Counted from the stretch's first letter, positions 29,342 through 39,926 are shown. The stretch: 64,000 nucleotides of DNA from Candidatus Woesebacteria bacterium RIFCSPHIGHO2_01_FULL_39_32 (GCA_001792345.1 MGGJ01000004.1:74090-138089), one strand, 5' to 3'. The notes: generated from the sequence alone by a model not told the origin. Numbers and translations are program-made.

Positions 29342-30781
29342 ATGGCAAAGAAAAATTACTACATAACCACCACTCTGCCTTACGTGAATGCTGAACCCCA
29401 CATTGGATTTGCATTGGAAATTGCGCAGGCAGATGTGGTTGCGAGATTTAAAAAACTTCAAGGATATGATGTTTTTTTTAATTTTGGAACAGATGAGCAT
29501 GGCCAAAAAATATTCCGAAAGGCGATAGAAGAAAAAAAGGGCCCACAGAAATATGTGGATGAATATGCCAAAAAATTCGACCATTTAAAAGAAGCTCTTA
29601 ATTTAAGTTATAACAACTTTATTCGCACAACTGAGCCACATCACAAAAAGGCAGCTAAAGAAATTTGGAGATTATGCAAAAATAACGGCTTTATTCAAAA
29701 AGGTATCTACAAAGCAAAATACTGTGTTGGTTGCGAGCTGGAAAAACAAGACTCGGAATTAGAAGAAGGCAAATGCCCTCTTCACCCCAACTTGGAAATA
29801 GAACTTATTGAGGAAGAAAATTATTTTTTCAAATTCTCTTTATTCCAGAAAAAACTTCTCGATCTTTATAAAAGAAATCCAAAGTTTGTAATTCCAAAAC
29901 ATAGACTAACTGAGATTAGTAACTTTGTCTCTTCGGGCTTACAGGACTTCAGTGTATCTCGACTTAAGAAAAAAATGCCCTGGGGAATACCGGTGCCAGA
30001 TGATGATGAACATGTAATGTATGTCTGGTTTGACGCTTTAACTAACTATATTTCAGCATTAGGATGGCCCAATAACCCAAAAAAGTTTAAAGATTTCTGG
30101 GGAATAACTGAAAATCCGAACGCGATACAATTTGCAGGTAAGGACAATCTCCGTCAACAATCAGCAATGTGGCAAGCAATGTTAATGGCAGCAGGACTTC
30201 CACCAACAAAACAAATTTTAATCCACGGATTTATAACAATTGGTGGTCAAAAAATAAGTAAAAGTTTAGGAAACGTAGTAAATCCATATGATTTAGTTAA
30301 AAAATATGGGACAGATGCAACTAGATATTATTTGCTTGCAAAAATTCCGCCCTATGAAGATGGAGATTTTACTTATGATAAGTTTGAAGAAGCGCATAAC
30401 TCAGATCTTGCTAATGGTTTAGGAAATTTGATTGCGCGCGTTGCCGCAATGGCTGATAAGTCTAACTTTCAAGCACCCGAACCAAAACCACTTTCTTTTA
30501 GTAAAGAAGTAGTTGAATTCATTGGTGGTTACGAATTTGATAAGGCACTTGACTACATATGGTATCGAATAAAAAGAGCGGATGTTTTTATAAACAAAAG
30601 GGGCGTCTGGAATTTGAATGGAACACAAAAACAAGCAGCGCTTACTAATTTAGTTGGAAGAATTAGACAGATAGCTTATGACTTACAACCTTTTTTACCG
30701 GAAACAGCCCAAAAAATTGAAAGGCAGTTTAAAGGACCAAATATAAAATCGGAAAAACCTCTATTCCCTCGACTTAAATAA
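29342..30781 (+). CDS. metG: Methionyl-tRNA synthetase
   Basis: PYVNAEPHIG, GTDEHG, YVWFDAL, KISKS. Confidence 0.97.
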   Translation: MAKKNYYITTTLPYVNAEPHIGFALEIAQADVVARFKKLQGYDVFFNFGTDEHGQKIFRKAIEEKKGPQKYVDEYAKKFDHLKEALNLSYNNFIRTTEPHHKKAAKEIWRLCKNNGFIQKGIYKAKYCVGCELEKQDSELEEGKCPLHPNLEIELIEEENYFFKFSLFQKKLLDLYKRNPKFVIPKHRLTEISNFVSSGLQDFSVSRLKKKMPWGIPVPDDDEHVMYVWFDALTNYISALGWPNNPKKFKDFWGITENPNAIQFAGKDNLRQQSAMWQAMLMAAGLPPTKQILIHGFITIGGQKISKSLGNVVNPYDLVKKYGTDATRYYLLAKIPPYEDGDFTYDKFEEAHNSDLANGLGNLIARVAAMADKSNFQAPEPKPLSFSKEVVEFIGGYEFDKALDYIWYRIKRADVFINKRGVWNLNGTQKQAALTNLVGRIRQIAYDLQPFLPETAQKIERQFKGPNIKSEKPLFPRLK

Positions 30782-30831
30782 TTAAAGTTACCTATGAATC
30801 AATTATTGAGACATAAAGTTGAATTCTAATT

Positions 30832-30867
30832 ATTCGTAGCCATTCGTAGCATTCGTACACATTCGCA
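30832..30867. repeat. Short tandem repeat (ATTCGTA core, about 4 copies)
   Basis: ATTCGTAGCC ATTCGTAGC ATTCGTACAC ATTCGCA, intergenic. Confidence 0.6.
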
Positions 30868-30877
30868 GATTAGTATT

Positions 30878-32371
30878 ATGATAAGAAAATTTGTTCTTAA
30901 ACACGAAAGGTTTTTTTACAGGCTTTTGGAAATATTGCCGGGATTTTTTTCCTGGAACGTAATACTTTTTCCCTACTGGGGTATTTTTGTTATTCCTAAT
31001 GCGGTTGCTTACTTTATTCTTTCTTACAACATTTACTGGTTTTACCAATCTTTTCAAATTGCAGTAACAGGAATAATCGCTCATTTCAGAGTCCAGGCAT
31101 CAATGAATTTTGACTGGCTAGGAGATCTGAAAAACTTTCCCGATTGGGAGAAAGTAAATCATATGGTGATTATTCCAACTTACAAAGAACCGCAATATAT
31201 TTTGGAAAGAACGATTGATTCGCTATTGGCACAAACTCTTCCGAAAAAACAATTAAGCGTAGTTATTGCCCAAGAGGATAGAGCACCCTTTGAGGATAAA
31301 GTTACAAAAATGAAAAATCTTCAAGATAAATATGGAAAACAATTTGGTAACTTTCTCGTCACTCTTCACAAACTGGCTGCCGGAGAAGTTATAGGTAAAG
31401 CATCAAATGAAAGAGATGCTGCAATTTGCTCAAAGAAAGAGCTTGTTGATAAGAAGGGAATGAATATATATTACTTAACCGTAACCAGCTGTGACGCTGA
31501 TCATGTATTTCACCGAAATCATTTTGCTTCTTTAACTTTCAAATTCTTAGATGATCCCCAAAGATATCTTAAATTCTGGCAACCGGCAGTACTTTTTTAT
31601 AATAATATATGGAGAGTTCCCGCTCTCATTCGCGTCCCAAATATTCTGGGATCTGTATTTGCTCTCTCACAACTTCCGCGGCGCGACAGGCTTATTAGTA
31701 CTTCTAATTACTCTTTGTCGCTAAAACTACTCCACGAAATAGACTATTGGGATGCTGACAAAATTCCCGAAGATTGGGGAATATTTTTCAAGGCTTATTA
31801 TAAAAAACAAGGACAGGTCGAAGTTGAGCCCAATTATTTACCTGTTTATGCCGATGCACCAGAATCCACGAGCTTTCGTAAAACCTTAAAAAACATGTAT
31901 GACCAGAGAAAAAGATGGGCCTGGGGAGTTTCGGATGACCCGTGGATTATAAAGAATTATTTTTTTACACCAGGGGTTCCTTTTTTACAAAAGACTTTAC
32001 GGGTGCTTTATGTTATTCAATCTCATTTTTTGTGGCCAGTTCACTGGTTTGCAATTACAATTGGTCTTCAACTGCCTGCATTACTTAATCCAAGGTTTGC
32101 AAGAACGGCTCTTGGACATACAGTTCCCAGACTTTCATCGATAATCCTTACCGTTGCACTTGTGTTTCTTTTAGTTATGCTTGTTCTAGACAAAATATAT
32201 AGGCCTAAAAAACCGGAGGGGTTTCCTGCCTGGAAAGTTCTTTTGGGTCCATTGGAGTTTGTACTCATGCCCGTTGTCGGATTTTTCTTTTCTGCACTTC
32301 CCGGCATCGATGCGCATACAAGGTTGATGCTTGGTAAATATATAGAATACAAGGTCACCGAGAAAGTATAA
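30878..32371 (+). CDS. Membrane-bound processive-type GT2 glycosyltransferase
   Basis: IPTYKE, GKASN, DAD, PED and QRKRW motifs plus TMs. Confidence 0.88.
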   Translation: MIRKFVLKHERFFYRLLEILPGFFSWNVILFPYWGIFVIPNAVAYFILSYNIYWFYQSFQIAVTGIIAHFRVQASMNFDWLGDLKNFPDWEKVNHMVIIPTYKEPQYILERTIDSLLAQTLPKKQLSVVIAQEDRAPFEDKVTKMKNLQDKYGKQFGNFLVTLHKLAAGEVIGKASNERDAAICSKKELVDKKGMNIYYLTVTSCDADHVFHRNHFASLTFKFLDDPQRYLKFWQPAVLFYNNIWRVPALIRVPNILGSVFALSQLPRRDRLISTSNYSLSLKLLHEIDYWDADKIPEDWGIFFKAYYKKQGQVEVEPNYLPVYADAPESTSFRKTLKNMYDQRKRWAWGVSDDPWIIKNYFFTPGVPFLQKTLRVLYVIQSHFLWPVHWFAITIGLQLPALLNPRFARTALGHTVPRLSSIILTVALVFLLVMLVLDKIYRPKKPEGFPAWKVLLGPLEFVLMPVVGFFFSALPGIDAHTRLMLGKYIEYKVTEKV

Positions 32372-32450
32372 AATTATTGACCTTGTATTATATCGCTCAG
32401 CTTACTTTGTTTCTCAAAATAGATTTTTTTCGAAAGTCGTAAGATTCGCG

Positions 32451-32480
32451 ATCGAGTATAAAGTAACGGAGAAAGTCTAA
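32451..32480 (+). repeat. Recoded copy of the last 10 codons of the GT2 gene
   Basis: ATCGAGTATAAAGTAACGGAGAAAGTCTAA encodes IEYKVTEKV*, the same peptide as 32342-32371. Confidence 0.85.
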
Positions 32481-33097
32481 TGTTAAAAATTTATTTAGCC
32501 AGACATGGACAGGATGAGGATAATGCTAAAGGTCTACTAAACGGGAGGCGAGACAAATCATTGACTGAGCTAGGTATGGCGCAAGCAAAGGAACTTGCGG
32601 AAAAGATTAAAAGCAAAGATATTCACTTTGACATAATTTATACTTCTCCCCTTAAAAGAACTAAACAAACTGCGAAAATAATAGCCGAAGTTTTAAATTC
32701 AGAAAGACCAATAACTTTAAAAGAACTTCTAGAGAGAGATTTCGGAATTATGGCGGGTGAACCCCATACGAAAATCATCGAAATGTGTAGCCCCAACATA
32801 CTAGAAACTGAAAAGATCACATATTTTCTTTCCCCCAAGGGTGCAGAAACCTTTCCTCAACTTATCAAAAGAGCTGAAAAAATGCTGAACAAATTAGAGA
32901 GGCTTCATAAAGACGGTAATGTTTTACTAGTAACACACGGAGATTTTGGAAAAATGATATATGCCACTTATTATAAACTTTCTTGGAAAGACGTACTGAA
33001 ACAATTCCATTTTGGTAATTCTGATTTGCTTTTATTGTCAAAGAATTCACTGGCAAGTAGGTCTCATATTTTCAAGATAAAACAACATAATCTTTAA
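32480..33097 (+). CDS. Histidine phosphatase family protein
   Basis: RHG, SPL.R..QTA, VTHG. Confidence 0.92.
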   Translation: MLKIYLARHGQDEDNAKGLLNGRRDKSLTELGMAQAKELAEKIKSKDIHFDIIYTSPLKRTKQTAKIIAEVLNSERPITLKELLERDFGIMAGEPHTKIIEMCSPNILETEKITYFLSPKGAETFPQLIKRAEKMLNKLERLHKDGNVLLVTHGDFGKMIYATYYKLSWKDVLKQFHFGNSDLLLLSKNSLASRSHIFKIKQHNL

Positions 33098-33142
33098 AAG
33101 CTTCAGAAAAAAACTTATTGGATAGTATATAATCCGACAGAA

Positions 33143-33574
33143 ATGAAGGATATGGAACCCACCCATGAAATTCTTTGGTGGGACGCCGCCAAGAAGATTG
33201 CGGAAAGTTATGAAGGTGCAATGTTTGAAGCGCGTTTCGAATCGGTGCTCGACTCTCTTATAGAAAGTGGACTAATATCTTCCTGGGATAAAACAAAACG
33301 GAGAACTCAAGAAGACCGAATGGGAGTCGATTATTTTATAGAAATCGATGGATACTACATTCCCTGGCAGATAACCTCAACTCCCTCAGAGGCCAGAAAA
33401 CATCGAAGTTGGTTAAAAGATAGAGGAGGAGACCTAACTGATATTCCAATTACTTACATTAGGTCAAAAGAACATCATATGATGAGGAGTGTAACTTCTC
33501 TTGAAAAAGAAGTTCTTCTCAAAGCAGAAGACTATATTAAACAGAAAGAAACTCAACCTACTACTTTTTCCTGA
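33143..33574 (+). CDS. Hypothetical protein, possible restriction-endonuclease-like fold
   Basis: G..FE ... D..GVD ... PWQIT pattern. Confidence 0.45.
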   Translation: MKDMEPTHEILWWDAAKKIAESYEGAMFEARFESVLDSLIESGLISSWDKTKRRTQEDRMGVDYFIEIDGYYIPWQITSTPSEARKHRSWLKDRGGDLTDIPITYIRSKEHHMMRSVTSLEKEVLLKAEDYIKQKETQPTTFS

Positions 33575-33637
33575 AGTCATTTACTTTCCTCTATCCACCC
33601 AATTGCCAAGGAAATTACACAGGGATATAATTTGATT

Positions 33638-36600
33638 ATGGATGATGTAACTCCAATTACTTCGAATAATGACGGTAGCCCTCAACCAGAAACAAATACC
33701 ATAAATATAAACTTTCGAAGTACCAATAAATTCGGTAAATTGGTAAGTTTCTTAAAAAACCTCTTAAATAATTTTAAAAATAAATTTTTACAAAAATGGT
33801 ATAAACTTCCTAGAAAATGGAAAGTTGTAATCGCGTCTTTTTCAGCAGTCCTGATTATTGTTGGAGGGCTCTTTCTTTATAAATTTATTAAATCAGGTGG
33901 ATTGAAAGATCTTGGGCGTAAAGAGGTTGATATTGCAGAATTTGGAGACTGGAAAAAATTGGTAATACCTCAAAGGCAAAAGCCTTTTTTTACACTTTCC
34001 GCTTCCACCGTCAGTAAATACGGAATTTTACCTACTGAAGCCCTCATTTTAAAGACCGAAAAACCCGTTGACGTCAATTTTATTAAGGAAAATATAGTTT
34101 CCTCGGTGCCGGTTGCAGTCGCTTCCATTGGCGGAACTGAATATAGGATTAGTCCGCAAAGAAACCTTGAGCTCGAAGAGGTACTTTCTATAAAATTAAG
34201 CGTTGAGGACAAAAATTATGAAGGGTATACTTTTGATCGCAATTATTCATGGGCGTATCAAAGTCAGGGGAAATTTAGAGTAGTAAGTAGTATTCCGGGA
34301 GATAAGAAAAACGAAGTTCCTGTAAATTCCGGTATTGAAATTGCTTTTAGTCAGGACGACTTTAACGATCCTACTCCCTTCGTTTCAGTTTCTCCTTCAA
34401 TCAATTTTCGTACAGAAGTACATGCAGATAGATTTGTTGTTGTGCCACTTGAACCATTGCAAGAAAAAACTATATATACGGTTACTTTGAGAAAAGGCTT
34501 GAATTTAAAATCACGCAATGATCCAATTAGTGAAGACTACTCATTCACCTTCCAAACGTTACAAAAAGGACGAGGTTATCAAATTCCGATGTTTAGCTTA
34601 TATGAAGATTTTCAACAAAGTTCTCCGTCAGAACCCTTTATTACTAAAGTGCAAACATATAACTGGAAGCAAGAAGATACCATAAAAGCCGAAGTCTATA
34701 GATTCCCTACATCTTCCGCATTTATCGACTCCAGGAAAAGAATTGATGAAATTCAGAGTAGTTGGATGACTTATTACGCAGAAGAAGAAGCCGTAGAAAC
34801 ATCCAGCTTGGAAAAAGTAATGACGGTTGATCTTAAAGTTCAAAATAAGGATAACATTAACTATCTTCAACTACCCGACAAATTACCTCAAGGATTTTAT
34901 TTAATGCAATTTTGGTTTGGAAATAAAGACAAATTAGAACAGTTGTGGCTTCAATCGACAGAACTAACGGGATTTGTTTCTGTGGGTAAAGAGCAGACTG
35001 TTGTCTGGGCAAATAACTTAAATGGGGGTCCATCCTCAAACGCAGTAGTTAGAATTACCGGTTCGGGGCAAGATTACCGAACTTACGATAACGGAGCCTC
35101 TGTTTTTACTACCCCCTCGATCCTTTTCGAAAAAGAAAGACACTATGTTGAGATAGCCGATACAGAAGGTAATATTGTTATCATTCCTATAACGTCTCTC
35201 TCTGGCAACAATCCCGTCGGCAAGATTACCCAAAATGATTACATCTCCTACCTTTATAACGAGAGGTATTTATATAAACCCGGGGACACGGTTTATTTCT
35301 TTGGTGTAGTAAAAGAAAGATCAACAAATACTCCTCCGGGAAGTGCCACAATAATCTTAAGAAATTCATCATTTTCTGACAAAGAAGCGGTCCTTTCTAA
35401 AACAATTGTCCCAAGCTCCGATGGTTCCTTTTTGGATAATTTCAAATTGGAAGATATTCCATTAGGTTGGTACACCTTGGTTTTAAAAGTCGGCGATGTT
35501 GAAGTAGAAAGTACCAGTTTTTCCGTAACTCAGTTTGAAAAACCTGAAATGAAAATCGAGGTGCTAAGCAACAAAAAGGCCATGTTCACCGACGAGAAAG
35601 TTGACTACACGGCAAAAGTTAGCTTTTTTGATGAGACGCCTGCAAAAAATATTCCTATAACTACCCACGAGTCGACAACCAGTAATTCGACAAACCTAAC
35701 TACGGGAGAAAACGGAGAAGTAAACTATACCTACCAGACTAAATACAACGACAACTATTACTACTATTACCCTCACTATGAAACTGTAACTTTCATCCCA
35801 GCAATTGCCCAAGAATCTAACGTCGAAGGATTCGGCAGCGTTTACGTATTTGGAAGCCGCCTTATGATAAACTCCGATTCCGATCAGGAAGGTAATAACG
35901 CAAAAATAAAAGCAAATGTAAATAACGTTGATTTGAGTCGAATTAATTCGGGTGAGTCAAATGAATATAAAGGTAATCCCGCATCGGGCAAAGAGGTTGC
36001 ACTCACAGTTAAGAAAACGTGGTATGAGAGGGTTGAAAGTGGAACCTACTACGACTTCATAGAAAAAATAACAAGAAAAACCTATAACTATATCCGCCAC
36101 GAAGAGACGGTTGAAGAAAAGAAATTAACGACAGATGTAAACGGTGAGGTAAGCCACGAATTTCAACTGGAAGAAGGAAAAAGTTATAGCGCAGAGTTAA
36201 TGGTGAAAGACGGGAACGGACATCCTGCAAAAACAGGTGAGTATTATTACTACAGTTTGACAAGCTATGGTTATGGCGAGGGCCAGAAAGAATTCCCCCA
36301 GCTGAATTTAGATAAAGATGAAAGTACCTACTCTTTGGGTGAAGAAGTTAAATTAAACATCTTACTTGGCGAAAATGAATATCCCGACAATGATAAAAAT
36401 AGATTCCTATTTATATTAGCTAACCGTGGTCGGCAAGAAGTTATTCTAACAGATAACCCTCGTTACACATTTACATTCGACTCGAAGCACATTCCTAATA
36501 TTTACGTAGGAGCTTATATATTTACGGGTAAATATTACAGTCAGGTGTCAGCACCATGTCGCCGAGATTGGTATTGTTCCGATTACTATTATTATGGGGG

Positions 36601-38854
36601 TCAAAATTATTTTAGCGGATTTTTAATTTCCTATAAAAAAGAGGATAGCGAGCTAACTCTAACAATTGATGTCGATAAGGAAAAATACCAGCCAGGAGAG
36701 GATGCGAAAATAGGTGTGAAAGTGGAAAACAACGGTGTTGGTGTGCCAGGAGCAACCGTAAATCTGATACTTGTAGATGAAGCTTTGGCGGCTCTTGATG
36801 CAGTTAGAACTCCTTCTATCCTTTCTTCTCTTTACCAGTCTGTTGATAGTTTAATTTACTATAACTACAGTTCCCACGAACCCGTCCTTCCTGATCAGCC
36901 ACAAGCAGAAAGGGGTGGAGGCGGTGGAGGGGATAGGGATGTCTTCAAAGACGCAGCTTTTTTTGGCCGAGAGATCTCAGACGAAAGTGGAGTAGCCACT
37001 TTTTCATTTACACTACCGGATAATATAACCAGCTGGATTACCTACGCACAAGCCTTAACCTCAAGTGTTGAAGGAGGTCAGTCTGAAGTAAAAGTTATCG
37101 TAACAAAAGACTTCTTTATAACTAGTCAATTTCCAAAAGAATATTTAGTCAAAGATAAACCGGCTCTTACGGGAGGATCTTTTGGAAAGGGTTTACAAGA
37201 AGACTCTTATGTAGAGTTCAAGGCAATATTTTTCGAGAGCGAAAGAGAAATCTCAAATATTTCTAAGACCACGGGTGCATTCAAAAGTATTAATTTTCCC
37301 TTCCCCAACTTACAGGCAGGAGAATATAAAGTAAGCCTCAGGGGAAAGGTAAATAATTTGGAAGATGGGGTCCAGTTACCATTCAAGGCCATATCTTCAC
37401 GATTAAACTTCGAGCACTTCCAAAAATTCGATCTCGAAAAGGGCCAGGCTCTCACAAGAATCGATGCAACTGATATTTTGGAAGATAAACCAGTAAAACT
37501 TGTAATTAGCGATAGAGGTAAGGGAATATACTATTCAAGTTTAACCCGTTACTGTTATACGTGGAGTAATCGAGTTGAGAAACAAATTGCAAAGTTGTCT
37601 GCTTCGAAACTATTAGTCGAGAGGTTTGACGACAATGAATGTAAGGTCGATGCAGATACGCTAAAAGATTTTCAATATTTCGACGGAGGCTTAAGTCAGG
37701 TGGAGTGGGGAGGAAGTGATCTACCCACAACCGTTTGGGCGATATTTGTGGACCCAATTCCATTTGACAAAGATAAAATGATCAGTTTCTTTGAAAGTAA
37801 GTTGAATGAAGAAAATGGAGGAAATTTACAAAAAATATACTCTTCATGGGGGTTGACAATACTCGGTAAACCCAAAGTTAATGAACTCCAGATTCTAACT
37901 CAGTCTGCGCTAACTTACGAAGAAAAAGTAATTTTAGCAATGGCTCTTACCTCTGCTGGAGATACCGAAAAAGCAAGAGATTTATACTACGATATCCTCG
38001 CAGATTACGCATATGAATATCCCCCTTATATCAGAATTCAGGCGGAGTTGAAGGGAAAAAGTCAAATAGATAACTATATTGAAAATACTTCCAGGGCGCT
38101 ACTTTTGGGAAGCCTAGTCGAAAAAACTTACGACGAGGCAATGTTTAATTATCTTCGCGATTTCAGAAGCAATACCGAAGATGTCGTTATTGACCTTTCT
38201 AGTATTGCGTTTATAGACGAACAACTGAATAAATTGCCTGACGAAAATACAAGTATAAGTTTTGCTTCGGCAAACCAAAACGTACAAAAGGAATTGGAAA
38301 AAGGCCGGAACATGACTTTAAAGCTAAAAGCAAACGAACTTAATAACTTCAGTTTTAAAGTCCTGGAAGGTAAGGCGGAAGCTAATTTTAACTACTTTGT
38401 AGGAGCTCTTGGTCTTTCTGAATTACCTACCGATAATCTACTAAGTATTAAAAGAGAATTTAAAAAAGTAAAAGGGGAGGGTAGCAGCATAAAATCCGGT
38501 GACATTGTCGAAGTTAGAATAGATTTTAATTTAGATTTTGACAAATCCCCCACGGGTTGCTACACAATTACCGATTATTTACCCTCTGGACTAAAATATA
38601 TCTCAAACCCAAGTGCTTATGGATTAGAGGCAGAGGGTTGGATGAGCGAAAGGGAGGGTAATATCGTCGAAGGCTTTTTCTGTAATTCCCCCTGGTGGCG
38701 GGAATACGGCAAGAAATATATGATTTACTTTGCCAGAGCAGGCTCAGTTGGAGAATATGTTGCGGAACCTGCAATAATACAGTCGCTTAGGTACTTGTCA
38801 AATTTCCAGAAAACTCCCGAGCAAACTATAAAAATAGAAGCGTCGAATCTATAA
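33638..38854 (+). CDS. Alpha-2-macroglobulin-like giant surface protein with Ig-like domains
   Basis: TM anchor, ERYLYKPGDTV, YQPGE, LVDEA, FTLPDNITSW, TDYLPSGL, G.Y.AEPA. Confidence 0.85.
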   Translation: MDDVTPITSNNDGSPQPETNTININFRSTNKFGKLVSFLKNLLNNFKNKFLQKWYKLPRKWKVVIASFSAVLIIVGGLFLYKFIKSGGLKDLGRKEVDIAEFGDWKKLVIPQRQKPFFTLSASTVSKYGILPTEALILKTEKPVDVNFIKENIVSSVPVAVASIGGTEYRISPQRNLELEEVLSIKLSVEDKNYEGYTFDRNYSWAYQSQGKFRVVSSIPGDKKNEVPVNSGIEIAFSQDDFNDPTPFVSVSPSINFRTEVHADRFVVVPLEPLQEKTIYTVTLRKGLNLKSRNDPISEDYSFTFQTLQKGRGYQIPMFSLYEDFQQSSPSEPFITKVQTYNWKQEDTIKAEVYRFPTSSAFIDSRKRIDEIQSSWMTYYAEEEAVETSSLEKVMTVDLKVQNKDNINYLQLPDKLPQGFYLMQFWFGNKDKLEQLWLQSTELTGFVSVGKEQTVVWANNLNGGPSSNAVVRITGSGQDYRTYDNGASVFTTPSILFEKERHYVEIADTEGNIVIIPITSLSGNNPVGKITQNDYISYLYNERYLYKPGDTVYFFGVVKERSTNTPPGSATIILRNSSFSDKEAVLSKTIVPSSDGSFLDNFKLEDIPLGWYTLVLKVGDVEVESTSFSVTQFEKPEMKIEVLSNKKAMFTDEKVDYTAKVSFFDETPAKNIPITTHESTTSNSTNLTTGENGEVNYTYQTKYNDNYYYYYPHYETVTFIPAIAQESNVEGFGSVYVFGSRLMINSDSDQEGNNAKIKANVNNVDLSRINSGESNEYKGNPASGKEVALTVKKTWYERVESGTYYDFIEKITRKTYNYIRHEETVEEKKLTTDVNGEVSHEFQLEEGKSYSAELMVKDGNGHPAKTGEYYYYSLTSYGYGEGQKEFPQLNLDKDESTYSLGEEVKLNILLGENEYPDNDKNRFLFILANRGRQEVILTDNPRYTFTFDSKHIPNIYVGAYIFTGKYYSQVSAPCRRDWYCSDYYYYGGQNYFSGFLISYKKEDSELTLTIDVDKEKYQPGEDAKIGVKVENNGVGVPGATVNLILVDEALAALDAVRTPSILSSLYQSVDSLIYYNYSSHEPVLPDQPQAERGGGGGGDRDVFKDAAFFGREISDESGVATFSFTLPDNITSWITYAQALTSSVEGGQSEVKVIVTKDFFITSQFPKEYLVKDKPALTGGSFGKGLQEDSYVEFKAIFFESEREISNISKTTGAFKSINFPFPNLQAGEYKVSLRGKVNNLEDGVQLPFKAISSRLNFEHFQKFDLEKGQALTRIDATDILEDKPVKLVISDRGKGIYYSSLTRYCYTWSNRVEKQIAKLSASKLLVERFDDNECKVDADTLKDFQYFDGGLSQVEWGGSDLPTTVWAIFVDPIPFDKDKMISFFESKLNEENGGNLQKIYSSWGLTILGKPKVNELQILTQSALTYEEKVILAMALTSAGDTEKARDLYYDILADYAYEYPPYIRIQAELKGKSQIDNYIENTSRALLLGSLVEKTYDEAMFNYLRDFRSNTEDVVIDLSSIAFIDEQLNKLPDENTSISFASANQNVQKELEKGRNMTLKLKANELNNFSFKVLEGKAEANFNYFVGALGLSELPTDNLLSIKREFKKVKGEGSSIKSGDIVEVRIDFNLDFDKSPTGCYTITDYLPSGLKYISNPSAYGLEAEGWMSEREGNIVEGFFCNSPWWREYGKKYMIYFARAGSVGEYVAEPAIIQSLRYLSNFQKTPEQTIKIEASNL

Positions 38855-38859
38855 GAGTC

Positions 38860-39660
38860 ATGAATAAACTACAAAAAATTCTAATCGCTTTGAGTCTTAT
38901 TTTTATGGTTTTGGTGATCGGAACGTTTCTTTTAAAAACACAAAAAGGAAAGGTTGCCGGGGTACAAACCTCGTCCGGAGAAACACCCATCCGCGGGATA
39001 ACATTGCCTCACCATAAATTGGCAGAGAAACTTATATTGGAATCTTTCGAGAGATTAAAAAACGAAAATTTCTCCTATGTAGTTATTTTGGGACCGAATC
39101 ATTTTGAACCGGAAATTAATTCTGTAGTGACCGCTAAAAGCATTCCCGAATATTCGTTTGATAACGAAGTAATACAAAAGTATTTGCAAAAATACCCAGA
39201 CATTGTTGTCTCAGGTGAATTAATCAATAAAGAACATAGCATCACTTTGCATTTACCATACATTCAAAATTACTTACCTAACGCCAAAATGCTTCCTTTA
39301 ATGATTTCACCTTATGCAAGTAAAAATGATTTATATGACAAAGTAAATTATCTGACATCAATCACTCCTTCCGATACTTTGTTCATTGCAAGTGTTGATT
39401 TTGCTCATGATGTTATGCAAGATACTGCGCTTAAAAATAATGAAGAAAGCATCGCCGCAATTTCCAGTTTTGACTACCAAACAATTTTAGATTTTGGAGA
39501 TGATCATATGGATTCACCGCTATCAATTTCAATGCTACTAAAATCGATGCAAAAAGAAGGTAGTACTAAATGGGAAACTTGGTATAGTAGTCATGCGGCT
39601 ATACTTGAAGGAGATCCCGCGATTCAAGGAACAAGTTATGTAATCGGAGTATTTAGGTAA
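38860..39660 (+). CDS. MEMO1/AmmeMemoRadiSam protein B-like protein with N-terminal TM
   Basis: LPHH, LGPNH, EHS, SVDFAH, TSY motifs. Confidence 0.8.
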   Translation: MNKLQKILIALSLIFMVLVIGTFLLKTQKGKVAGVQTSSGETPIRGITLPHHKLAEKLILESFERLKNENFSYVVILGPNHFEPEINSVVTAKSIPEYSFDNEVIQKYLQKYPDIVVSGELINKEHSITLHLPYIQNYLPNAKMLPLMISPYASKNDLYDKVNYLTSITPSDTLFIASVDFAHDVMQDTALKNNEESIAAISSFDYQTILDFGDDHMDSPLSISMLLKSMQKEGSTKWETWYSSHAAILEGDPAIQGTSYVIGVFR

Positions 39661-39770
39661 TTCTACAAACGCCTCCCCTACCAATTCACAAAAATTGCTA
39701 CCTATAGTTGTTAAGGTTTACAAAAACTATGCAGATATCGATTATTTGTTATCCCTGTTCTCTCCCCTAC

Positions 39771-39926
39771 TTAGCCTCCCCTTTTCTTCATCTCAATAAT
39801 AAGTTTTTCTGGAATCGGTCTGCAGGTGCAATACTTAGCATGTTCCTGATGCCATTTAATCCTTTGCTCTAAACTCGGGTTTTTGGGCATCCTATTTGCT
39901 CTGTGCCATTTTTCGTTAATGTTCAT
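39771..39926 (-). CDS. Small 51-aa His/Cys-rich protein (not in the ORF track)
   Basis: MNINEKWHRANRMPKNPSLEQRIKWHQEHAKYCTCRPIPEKLIIEMKKRGG; ATGA overlap with the SDR stop. Confidence 0.7.
   Translation of the reverse strand: MNINEKWHRANRMPKNPSLEQRIKWHQEHAKYCTCRPIPEKLIIEMKKRGG

Noticed and set aside
33096-33120. Possible second echo of the GT2 3' end (KASEKT)
   Set aside because: Too degenerate to distinguish from chance.
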